Of a DNA stretch of 64,000 nucleotides, positions 48,926-58,500 are shown piece by piece. The stretch's first letter is position 1. Each line of letters begins with the position of its first letter. The translations under genes and the position numbers were made by a program. This DNA comes from an uncultured Bdellovibrionales bacterium (GTDB lineage: Bacteria > Patescibacteriota > Minisyncoccia > Moranbacterales > UBA2206), in the NCBI GenBank assembly GCA_964406815.1, contig CAYOTC010000003.1, positions 7,259-71,258 on the forward strand, read 5' to 3'. Under the pieces are notes generated by a model, which was not told the origin of the DNA, ran no database searches, and worked only from the letters and a program-made list of their open reading frames with translations.

Positions 48926-49855
48926 ATGCGCCTTAAATTGAAAAAAGCTATGTTTATAACCAGTGCTTTTTGTGCTGTTTTTTTATTTTCCAGTCCGGCT
49001 TTAGCCCATCCGGGGAAAACCGCATCTGACGGATGTCATTATTGCCGAACGAATTGTGACAAATGGGGCGTTCCGTGGAATCAGAGGCATTGCCACGGCG
49101 GAAGCGTCAGTCCGCCTACTGTAATCCCAAATCCAGCGCCAAGCAACGGATCAGGCAATGGTTCGGCAACTTCCAATACGCCAGTAACAGAAGTCAAAAA
49201 GTTATGCTCTAATAAAGATACTTGCACAGCCAAAGCCAACATTGTTATTGATGGCGACACGATAGTTTTAGATACGGGCGAAAAAGTTCGTTATATTGGA
49301 ATTGATACTTCGGAAACTGTTGATCCGCGAAAGCCAGTCCAGTGTTTCGGAAAAGAAGCGTCAGAAAAAAATAAAGAGCTTGTGGAGGGTAAGGAGGTTA
49401 GATTGGTTAAAGATATTTCTGATAAAGATAAATACGGACGGCTTTTGAGGTATGTTTATATTGGTGATGAATTTATTAACGATTCTTTGGTTAAAAACGG
49501 ATTTGCTCATTCTTCCAGCTATCCGCCGAACATAAAATACCAAGAGCAATTTAGTAAGTCAGAGGAGGAAGCAAGAAACAATAAAAACGGGCTCTGGGCT
49601 GACGGAGTATGCGGAAATCCGGTTAATGCCGAAACGGAAAACAAACCGGCAGAGCAGGAAAATATAGTCAATCAAGAAGAAATTGTTCAAAATCAGCCGC
49701 AAGACAGTGAAGTTGCTCAAACTACAAATAATACGGAGAATGATATGAATAAACCGGAAAGTAGTAGAGCAAGATTTAGCACAAAAGAAAGAATTTTTAT
49801 GTCATTATCCGGTGCAATCGGGGGGATTTATTACTTCGTAAAATCTATATTATAA
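48926..49855 (+). CDS. Secreted thermonuclease (SNase) with N-terminal YHYH-like His/Cys domain
   Basis: AHPGKTASDGCH..HCH; VIDGDT, VRYIGIDT.E, DKYGRLLRYV, A..NKNGLW. Confidence 0.9.
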   Translation: MRLKLKKAMFITSAFCAVFLFSSPALAHPGKTASDGCHYCRTNCDKWGVPWNQRHCHGGSVSPPTVIPNPAPSNGSGNGSATSNTPVTEVKKLCSNKDTCTAKANIVIDGDTIVLDTGEKVRYIGIDTSETVDPRKPVQCFGKEASEKNKELVEGKEVRLVKDISDKDKYGRLLRYVYIGDEFINDSLVKNGFAHSSSYPPNIKYQEQFSKSEEEARNNKNGLWADGVCGNPVNAETENKPAEQENIVNQEEIVQNQPQDSEVAQTTNNTENDMNKPESSRARFSTKERIFMSLSGAIGGIYYFVKSIL

Positions 49856-49864
49856 AAACACTCA

Positions 49865-50602
49865 ATGTCAGAGAATAATCCAAATATTAGTTTTGATATT
49901 ATTGATATTTTGTTAAAGACAGGATCTCTTTTGGGCTTTGTAGCATTCTTTTATACTTTAAGAATAAATGCCAGAAATGTGCCAAAATTTTATTTTGATT
50001 TCGGACATTTTTCCGGAATAAACAAGCTAAATAGCTCTGATGGAAAAATACACTTCGCGTGCACTTTTGGTGGAACAATAATCAATCAAAGTTCCGAAAG
50101 TAATTACATAAAAAAGATCTACTTAGCTGTCTGGGAAAACACTAAAAAACGAGATAAAACCTTAAGATTTGGTTACGGTGGCATAGATAAGATTAACGAC
50201 AAAGTTACGGAAGAGGATTTAGAACTACCCATAGAATTCAAACCCAAAGAGGGCAAACGAATTGAAATTAGATTTCTGCAACAAGCTACAGGAACTTGTG
50301 ATGAAAAACTTATTGAAGAAGCTAAGCCGGTAGCGTATATACTTCCAACCAATCCAATCCTTAGATTATTTGCCAAAAATAAGCATAGTATTTGCAGAAG
50401 TGGATATGAATTAGTTTTTGAAGATACAAAAGGCAATATGTTTGATCAAAAGGGCAAAATTATAAGCGGAAAGGTATTAAATTTAACCTGGACACTTTCA
50501 AGTTACAAAGGAATGAAACGAATTAGACAAGAAGTTAAAGTGCGCTATTATAAGTTAACTTTCTACCTTAAATCAGTTTTTATGAAACTTGGTTTCTTTT
50601 AG
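49865..50602 (+). CDS. Membrane-anchored hypothetical protein
   Basis: 245-aa ORF, N-terminal TM. Confidence 0.7.
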   Translation: MSENNPNISFDIIDILLKTGSLLGFVAFFYTLRINARNVPKFYFDFGHFSGINKLNSSDGKIHFACTFGGTIINQSSESNYIKKIYLAVWENTKKRDKTLRFGYGGIDKINDKVTEEDLELPIEFKPKEGKRIEIRFLQQATGTCDEKLIEEAKPVAYILPTNPILRLFAKNKHSICRSGYELVFEDTKGNMFDQKGKIISGKVLNLTWTLSSYKGMKRIRQEVKVRYYKLTFYLKSVFMKLGFF

Positions 50603-50699
50603 TTTTTGGAGAAATTGGCTTCTTATGATAAATTTGGAATATAAAAAAAGTTACTGTTGAACATAAAGAAAGTTCTAACTTCCTCCACAGTTCGGCTCA

Positions 50700-50740
50700 A
50701 AAAGAAAAAATCCAGGATTTATTCCTGGATTTTTTCTTTT
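50700..50740. terminator. Bidirectional intrinsic terminator
   Basis: aaaagaaaaaatccagga/tcctggattttttctttt perfect inverted repeat. Confidence 0.8.
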
Positions 50741-50883
50741 GGTCGAGGAGTGGAATCGAACCCGGCAGAAGCGAGATGCGATCCGCCATTGGCGGATAGT
50801 AATCAAGCGCCGGAAAATTCGAGCGAGTGAGGATTTTCCGCTGCCGAGGGCAACGAGTCTCGCCGCGGCGGGACGAGGCGATA

Positions 50884-50900
50884 GATTCCCCCTACCCGCT
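50884..50900 (+). repeat. attR core (duplicated tRNA-Gly 3' end)
   Basis: gattccccctacccgct identical to 42328-42344. Confidence 0.9.
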
Positions 50901-50907
50901 TATTCTC

Positions 50908-50937
50908 AAAAAACAGCTCCATTCAAGCTGTTTTTTT
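50908..50937 (+). terminator. Original tRNA-Gly terminator displaced by integration
   Basis: aaaaaacagct/agctgttttttt just after attR. Confidence 0.7.
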
Positions 50938-51038
50938 ATTTTGAAATATAGTCAGCTTCTTGACAGTAATATATAATGGGTATATATTCATAATATAGAC
51001 TCAATTAATAAATTAAAATAGAAAGGAAGGTGATTAAT

Positions 51039-51293
51039 ATGCCAAGACAAAATGGAACAGGTCCGATGGGAATGGGTCCAATGACTGGACGAGGAATGGG
51101 TCCTTGTGGGGCAGGTTTTGGTTCGGGTTTGGGAATGGGCAGGGGTTATGGTAGGGCGATGTGCGGATGGTTTTATAGGAAATATCAGACAATGCCAAAG
51201 GGTGAAAGAAAAGAGTTGTTAAAAACGGAAATTGAAGATCTGAAACAAGAAATGCAAATGGTCGAAGAAGAACTGAAACAGCTAGAGAAATAG
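51039..51293 (+). CDS. DUF5320-like Gly-rich protein
   Basis: MPRQNGTGPMGMGPMTGRGMGPC plus C-terminal coiled coil. Confidence 0.85.
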   Translation: MPRQNGTGPMGMGPMTGRGMGPCGAGFGSGLGMGRGYGRAMCGWFYRKYQTMPKGERKELLKTEIEDLKQEMQMVEEELKQLEK

Positions 51294-51387
51294 TTTCCAT
51301 CGAAAGTAGCCTTTCTCCTTCTTGAGCTAGCAAGGAGGGAGGAGATTATTTTTAATGGTATAATAGTATTAAAATTAATATAATTTT

Positions 51388-51663
51388 ATGGTAAGACCAA
51401 GAATGTGCCGAAGATTGAGATTTAAACCAAAGGCGCACTATTTTAAGCCCCAAGGAATTCCGATGAATCAATTGGAAGAAACTGTTTTAACTAAAGAAGA
51501 AATGGAGGCGATAAAGCTCAAAGATTTTGATGGATTGGAGCAAATTGAAGCTTCAGAAAAAATGAATACTTCCCAAAGTACTTTTCAGCGAATCCTGTCT
51601 TCTGCCAGAGTTAAAATTGCCAGGGCGGTTGTCAATGGTGAGGCCTTAAGGATTGAAGAATGA
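51388..51663 (+). CDS. DUF134 family putative DNA-binding protein
   Basis: MVRPRMCRR, FKPQG, EEMEAIKLKD..LEQ..S.STFQRIL.SAR.KIA. Confidence 0.9.
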   Translation: MVRPRMCRRLRFKPKAHYFKPQGIPMNQLEETVLTKEEMEAIKLKDFDGLEQIEASEKMNTSQSTFQRILSSARVKIARAVVNGEALRIEE

Positions 51664-52061
51664 AAAAAGTATAATTTAAAACGATATTTTTGTTTTTTAT
51701 TATAATATTGACAAATTATCAAAATAAAAGTAATATATTTGCAAAAGAAAGGCTTTCGTTGACTTCGAGCCTTTCTTTTGTTTTTCCCTAAAATAAAGTA
51801 AAAGTTAGGAACCTGTGGATAACTTTAAAAATTGCCTATAAAACTGCTGAAAAAAGAAAATCTCTTTATTTTTTGGTAAAATTTATATTTTTTATATATG
51901 GATTAAGAGATGAAAATTCTGCTGAAGAGATTTTTGGCTATAAATAGCCAAAAATCTCTTTTTTAAAACCCTAAAATTAGGAAAAATGTTGATTTTAAGC
52001 CAAAAATAGTGTATAATTAGGTCAGAAGAAAGTGCAAAAACCTTTATTAAAGGAGTTTGTT

Positions 52062-52217
52062 ATGTTTATAGTAAATGCTGATAGTGTTGCAAGAATGATA
52101 AAAAAAGGCGATATTGACTTTCAAAAGTATCTCAATGTGTTAAGAAAAAGCCTTGAGATGCTTAAGAAAAAAAATATCATTGAGGTAACTTCAAATCCAA
52201 CCATGTTTATTGTCTAA
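52062..52217 (+). CDS. Small hypothetical protein (51 aa)
   Basis: SD aaggag, upstream TTGATT..TATAAT, downstream GC hairpin 52250-52280. Confidence 0.55.
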   Translation: MFIVNADSVARMIKKGDIDFQKYLNVLRKSLEMLKKKNIIEVTSNPTMFIV

Positions 52218-52308
52218 TTCGACAAAAACAAAAACAAAAACACTTTTTCTCGCCAGGATCGGTTCTCCGACTCCTGGCGAAAATGTTTTTAGGGATATTT
52301 TTTTTCTC

Positions 52309-52473
52309 TAACTTTTCTTGTCAGCAAGAAAAGTTACAAAAGAACTGTCCGCACGAATTCGCTCAGTATAAATTTTCGCTCATTCGTTCAAAATCCAGGT
52401 TATTCCTTCTGCAATAAGACCGGATTTTTTCACTCATTCACTCAATTTATAAACCTCGCGAATTAAGTGCGGA
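52309..52473. repeat. Structured non-coding MITE/REP-like element
   Basis: taacttttcttg/caagaaaagtta hairpin then long nested hairpin tccgcac...gtgcgga. Confidence 0.55.
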
Positions 52474-52596
52474 ATTATAAAATGCTAAATACGCGCTTCG
52501 CAAAGTTTGGATTTGGAATGCAAGAATATAATAAATACTTTTGGATAATAAAAAACCGCCAGCATAACTGACGGTTTTTTTATTTATATCTAGTAT

Positions 52597-52950
52597 CTAG
52601 GCGATTTTCCGGAAAGTTATCTTGTAGACCGGTTCATAAGAATTCTGGTATTCATCTTTGATTTCCAGAGTCTTTCCTTCCATTAAGGTGCTCATAGCGA
52701 TGTCGGTAATAAGCTGGTTGGTTTCGTCAGATTTTTTCTTAAGATCTTCCAATCGGGCATACTTCGCTCCCATCCGGCCTTTGGTAATGTTCTCAATCTG
52801 TTTTTTCTTCTCTCGAAGTCTTTTCAGCTCGTCGGTGGTCTCTTCATATTCGTTGGCGTTTATCAGCGCATCTTTGTAGTCGCGGTTGATTTCCTTCATT
52901 TCTTTCTTCATTTCTTGGAGCTTGTCGAATAATTCCTGTACGTTTTGCAT
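52597..52950 (-). CDS. Conserved coiled-coil hypothetical protein
   Basis: 117-aa ORF with downstream terminator. Confidence 0.8.
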   Translation of the reverse strand: MQNVQELFDKLQEMKKEMKEINRDYKDALINANEYEETTDELKRLREKKKQIENITKGRMGAKYARLEDLKKKSDETNQLITDIAMSTLMEGKTLEIKDEYQNSYEPVYKITFRKIA

Positions 52951-53100
52951 TTTTATATTGTTAAGTGGTTAAATTGTTGAATTGTTAGAAACAGAAACAA
53001 CAAAATAAATCTTAGCACAGATTTTTTATTTTAGAAAATAAACCGTCAAATAGTGCGAAAAAATAGCGATGTGTTAGAATAAAGCATAAGATAGAATCCT

Positions 53101-53847
53101 ATGATTTCAAAAAAAATATCAATAATTCTTATCACTTTAATTATCGGCTTAGTTTTTGTTGCTGGCGGATTTATGTTTTTCAGAAAAACTCGCACAGAAA
53201 CAATAATTTTGCCAAATAATCAGGAAGAAAATAAAATTAAAGAGGAAAAGCAAATAGCAGAAAATAGCGTTAAGGAAACAAAAGAGGAAATTATAAAGGA
53301 AGCCAAGGAGGAAAGTGAGATTCCAAAGAAGGAATCTGCAAATGAGATAACAAAAAAACCTGAAATCCAAGAAGAAAATAAAAGCGATTTGAAAATAAAC
53401 GACAAGCTCATCAGTTGGGGATATGCGTCTTCCGATTCACGAAAGATTGATACAATTATCATCCATTCATCTTACGATGCTTTGGGAGATGATCCATTCA
53501 GTGTAAACGGGATAATCGCGGAATATAAGCAATACGGTGTTTCGGCCCATTATCTCATCGGTCGCGACGGAAAAATTTATCGCTTGGTCAAGGATAAAGA
53601 TATTGCCTATCATGCCGGAGTTTCAAAAATGCCGGACGGCAGAACCGGAGTTAATAATTTTTCCATCGGAGTTGAAATTGTGAACACTAAAACAGGAAAA
53701 ATTACTGCTGAGCAATATTCTTCTCTAAAAAAATTAATCGCTGAAATTAAAGGAAAATATAGCATAAAATATGTTCTCGGTCACAAAGATATCGCTCCGG
53801 ACCGGAAAGACGATCCTTGGGGATTTGATTGGAATAATATAAAATAA
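53101..53847 (+). CDS. N-acetylmuramoyl-L-alanine amidase (Amidase_2/AmpD-like), membrane anchored
   Basis: IIIH, VSAHYLIGRDG, AYHAG, SIGVE, GHKDIAPDRKDDP. Confidence 0.92.
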   Translation: MISKKISIILITLIIGLVFVAGGFMFFRKTRTETIILPNNQEENKIKEEKQIAENSVKETKEEIIKEAKEESEIPKKESANEITKKPEIQEENKSDLKINDKLISWGYASSDSRKIDTIIIHSSYDALGDDPFSVNGIIAEYKQYGVSAHYLIGRDGKIYRLVKDKDIAYHAGVSKMPDGRTGVNNFSIGVEIVNTKTGKITAEQYSSLKKLIAEIKGKYSIKYVLGHKDIAPDRKDDPWGFDWNNIK

Positions 53848-53892
53848 AACGTAAGGAGCAAAAATCTTTGTTCCGTACAAATCATAAAAAAT

Positions 53893-54156
53893 ATGCAAAT
53901 CATAATCGAAATCAAAAATAAGGTTACCAAGCTGATTCTCAAGGAGGGTGGTGCGATTTTGGATGAGTTTACTTTTCCGGAAGATCATAATATATCCGAA
54001 AGGCTTTTACCTTTGATTGATGAGCTTCTCAAGAGGCACGATTTAACTCCGAAAGATATCAAAAACTTTTCAGTGGAAACCGATTTGGGCGATTCCTATA
54101 CATCTCGCCGCATTGCCGAAATCGTGGCGAATGTATTCAATTGGGAAAACAAATAA
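53893..54156 (+). CDS. Minimal TsaB-like protein
   Basis: SERLLPLIDELL..DI, and GDSYTSRRIA..AN aligning to the TsaB GPGSFTGLRIG motif. Confidence 0.6.
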   Translation: MQIIIEIKNKVTKLILKEGGAILDEFTFPEDHNISERLLPLIDELLKRHDLTPKDIKNFSVETDLGDSYTSRRIAEIVANVFNWENK

Positions 54157-54332
54157 ATTCTTAACAAAAATAAGCCGCCTCAAAAGGCGGTTTTTGTTAT
54201 GTCTGATTGACAATTATTAAGAAGTATAATAAAAATATATCGCGTTATCATCGTATTAATAGCGCAAATAGAACCTTAAAAATAAATTATGACATAAAAA
54301 ACTATTAATAACTTTTGAAAAAGGGGTAAAAA

Positions 54333-55142
54333 ATGGAAGATTTAGCAAAATTGCAGGAAAACTGCATATGTGGGAATGGAGGATTTTTCAAAAGGCACGA
54401 TAGTTTATTGTCTAAAACTATAAAAAGAGCGATTAATATCTTTTTGTTTCTTTTGATTATTTTGTGGTCCCAATTTGCATTATCGGAACCTGGTAAGGCA
54501 TTATCAAAAAAACCTGGGTCTTTTTATTATGTAACTTCTTCACCAGCAGGAGGTCACTATTTAGTCATTGGTTTAAAAAAGATTTCTTCTCCAATAGAGA
54601 TGTTTGAGGACATCGATATTCCCGGATTGCCAAAAATAAATAATTTTAAATTTATTTATACGGTTTGGGATGGAGATATCGGCGAGGACGTGAAAGGTTT
54701 TAATCATTTTTTTCTAAATAATAGGGATTCTTTGTGGCCAATAACTTTCTTTCCGGTAATATTAAGAAATCACGGAAAAGATACGATAATACACGAAATG
54801 TATCATTCCGGATTTGTAGTAGCGATGTATAAAGCTGGTGTCGACATTAGGATTTTCGAAGCATATGGAAGAAATTATCTTTTTACATATGATAAAAAGA
54901 GGTGGAGTATTCTTCAGCTGTCTGAGGCGGTTGCGGAAGTTGGCTTTGTAAGAAAATTCGGAAAAGGAAAAACAAGAAAGGAAGTTGTTGCTCGCCATGA
55001 AGGACTAGCGAAAATAGACAATATAGATTATGCCATTGTTAAACATTTGATTGAAAAAGCTAAGGGAAATCCCGAAGCGTATCTGGTGGAATTGGAGAAG
55101 TTAATCAAGGATCTTCTGCCAAGTCTGAAAAAAATCGACTAG
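54333..55142 (+). CDS. Hypothetical membrane-anchored protein with HExxH motif
   Basis: TM near N-terminus, TIIHEMYH, downstream EAVAE. Confidence 0.65.
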   Translation: MEDLAKLQENCICGNGGFFKRHDSLLSKTIKRAINIFLFLLIILWSQFALSEPGKALSKKPGSFYYVTSSPAGGHYLVIGLKKISSPIEMFEDIDIPGLPKINNFKFIYTVWDGDIGEDVKGFNHFFLNNRDSLWPITFFPVILRNHGKDTIIHEMYHSGFVVAMYKAGVDIRIFEAYGRNYLFTYDKKRWSILQLSEAVAEVGFVRKFGKGKTRKEVVARHEGLAKIDNIDYAIVKHLIEKAKGNPEAYLVELEKLIKDLLPSLKKID

Positions 55143-55528
55143 TTATTTAAAACGTCTTATTTTCAAAGAAAGTAAGGCGTTTTAATATTCTCAAATTTTA
55201 GCTTTAATAAAGAATAAAAATTATAATTTAATAAATATTTGACACAATTAAAATAACAGTTATAATGTAAATACAATATAAAATTTCTTTTCGGGTGAAT
55301 CAAAAAAGAACTGCTACGACGAAGTGGAAGGCTTGCGCTATTTTCTGGTTTGTGTATAATAGCCTATAGTTTGAAATTTCTTAGTAACTATTGACAAAAG
55401 TCAATAGTGAAATTTAATAATCTGTATAAAATCAACAAGTAAACTTAATATTTTAACATAAGATCTCATTTAAATTGCTTATTCCCAAGAAAATCAGCGG
55501 AATCGGTAAGGTAATGAGCGCTATTTCT

Positions 55529-58500
55529 ATGTCCAAAGTTGAAAAAAGCCTTAAGGTAAAAAGAGTTTTCAGTTCAGCTTCGTCTATTTCTAAGCGAAAA
55601 TTCTTTAAGCCAATGACATTCGTGTCTTTGCCAAACTTAATTGAAATACAGATTGACTCATACGACTGGTTTTTGGAAAAAGGCTTAAAAGAGCTTTTGG
55701 ATGAAGTAAATCCCATTAAGGATTTTACTGAAAAAGATTTGGAATTATCTTTCGGAGAATATTATTTAGACGATCCGAAATACGACGAAGTGACGGCAAA
55801 AAGTAAGAATATTTCTTATGAGGCGCCTCTTCGTTGCAAAGTCCAGCTTCTTATAAAGAAAACTGGAGAAATAAAAGAACAGGAAATATATCTTGGTGAT
55901 TTCCCTTTAATGACAGACAGAGGAACCTTTATCATAAATGGCGTGGAAAGAGTGGTGGTTAGTCAGATAATCAGAAGTCCTGGTGTGTTTTTTACTATGG
56001 ATTACCAAAAAGGTCGCAAGCTTTTCGGGGCAAAAATTATTCCAAACCGAGGCGCTTGGCTGGAAATCGAAACTGATTTTGACGGAGCTATTTATGTGAA
56101 AATTGATCGTAAGAGAAAAGTTCCAATTACTTCGCTTTTGCGAGCTTTTGGATATTCGACTGATAAACAACTGGAGGATGCTTTTAAAGGTGCGGATAAT
56201 GGTGAAATTTCCTATATCACAGAAACAATCAAGAAAGATATCGCTAAGAATCAAGGAGAAGGATATAAAGAAGTCTATAAAAGAGTCCGTCCGGGTGATT
56301 TGGCGACGGAATCAAACGCGAAACAGGTTATTGACGCGATGTTTTTTAACTATGATAAATATGACTTTGGAGCGGTGGGACGCTATCGTCTTAACCAGCG
56401 TCTTCAGGTAGAAAAGAATGATAATGAAGAAAACCGTGTTCTTAATCGCGAGGACCTGATTCTTATTATAAAAGAAATAATCAAATTAAATAATGATCCT
56501 CAAGCGATATCAGATGATATTGATCACTTGGGAAACAGGAGAGTCCGTTCAGTCGGGGAATTGGTACAAAATAAATTGCGAGTCGGATTTTCTAGAACTG
56601 TTCGGAATATTAAAGATAAGATGAGCACTTGTGATATCGCGACTGTTGTTCCGGGACTTTTGGTGAATTCCCGTCCGATTGCCGCTTCCATTAAAGAGTT
56701 TTTTGCCAGTTCTCAATTGTCGCAGTTTATGGACCAGGTCAATCCTTTGGCTGAGTTGGAACATAAGAGAAGACTTAGCGCGATGGGACCGGGAGGACTA
56801 ACCCGTGAGCGGGCTGGTTTTGAAGTTCGTGACGTGCACAATTCTCATTATGGTCGAATATGTCCGGTGGAGACTCCGGAAGGTCCGAATATCGGGCTGG
56901 TGGGACATTTGGCGACTTATACGAAAATAAATGAGTTTGGATTTTTGGAAACTCCATATCTTAAGATTGCGCATGAAGTTGAAAATAATGAAGAAAAACT
57001 TGTCGGACGTATTTTATTTGAAGATATTGCCGGAATAAAAGCTGGAACAAAAATTGATTCGGAAGCAGCCAAAAAAATTGTGAAAGAGAAAAAGATAAAA
57101 TCAATCAAAGTCAAAGCATACGTTGTTTATGAAATCGAATATATCAATGCGACAGTGGAAGACAGGAAAAACATTGCGCATGCCGGAATAAGTATCGATG
57201 AGGATGGAAATATTTTGGATGAAGTTGTCGGAGCAAGAGTGAAGGGGCAAGCGACTGAAATTGAAGTTGCAAAACTTGATTATATCGATGTTTCCGCCAA
57301 GCAATGTATTTCGGTGGCGACTTCGCTTATTCCATTTTTGGAACACGATGACGCTAACCGTGCTCTTATGGGTTCTAATATGCAGCGTCAGGCAGTTTCT
57401 TGCGTGAAACCGCAAGCTCCACTGGTTGGAACCGGAATTGAAGATAAGGCGGCAGCTGATTCCGGACAAGTGGTTATAGCAAGAGTGGACGGGATCGTTT
57501 CTGAAGTTGATGCCGATCATATTATAATCAAAGAGGAAGCTCCAGTCGGGGCAAAGAAACCTTTTATAAAGAGAGAATATCGGCTCCAAAGTTTTGAAAA
57601 ATCAAACGCTTTCACTTCGATGAACCAAGTTCCGAGAGTTTTGAAAAATGAAGAAGTAAAGAAAGGACAAGTTTTGGCGGATGGCGCTTCAACCGATCAT
57701 GGAGAGCTCGCGCTTGGACAAAATATCTTAGTAGCTTTTGTTCCGTGGGAAGGTTCAAACTATGAAGACGCTATTATTATTTCAGAAAGATTGGTGCAAG
57801 ATGATCGATATAGTTCGATCCATATCGAAGATTTTTCAATCGATGTTAGAGATACCAAACTTGGACCGGAGGTGGTGACTCGCGATATTCCGAATATCGG
57901 AGAAGATCGCTTAAAGAATCTTGACGAAACAGGAATTATCCGCATCGGAGCGGAAGTGGTTTCCGGTGATATATTGGTCGGAAAAATTTCTCCGAAAGGT
58001 GAAGGTGATCTAACTTCGGAAGAGAGACTATTGCGGGCAATCTTCGGAGAAAAATCACGTGATGTCAAAGACAGCTCACTATATCTTCCTCACGGAGAAT
58101 ACGGAAAAGTTGTGGATATAAAAATATTCTCCAGAGAGCAAGGGGATAAACTTTCAACCGGAGTCATTGAACAAATTCAGGTTTCTGTGGCGCAACTCAA
58201 GAAGATTTCTGTCGGTGACAAACTGGCCGGACGTCACGGAAACAAAGGTGTTATTTCCAGAATCGCGCCGGTGGAAGATATGCCATATTTACCCGACGGC
58301 ACGCCAGTCGATATGATTCTAAATCCTCTTGGTGTGGCTTCTCGTATGAATATCGGACAGATTTTGGAAACTCATCTTGGTTGGGCGGCATTGAAACTCG
58401 GGTATAAAGCGGCGACCCCGGCTCTTGAAGGAGTGACGGAAGATCAAATAAAGGAAGAATTAAAAGCAGCCGGTCTTCCGGAAGAGGGAAAAGTCAAATT

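Larger units (their letters stand above)
42328..50900. mobile_element. ~8.6 kb integrative element (phage-satellite/IME-like) at tRNA-Gly(TCC)
   Basis: 17-bp direct repeat gattccccctacccgct at both ends; serine recombinase abutting the tRNA; small phage-like genes and cargo. Confidence 0.9.

Noticed and set aside
42328-50900. Complete prophage
   Set aside because: No capsid, portal, large terminase, tail or lysis genes
50739-50951. 70-aa ORF at the element's right end
   Set aside because: TTG start, no SD, spans the att core and GC-rich structured DNA
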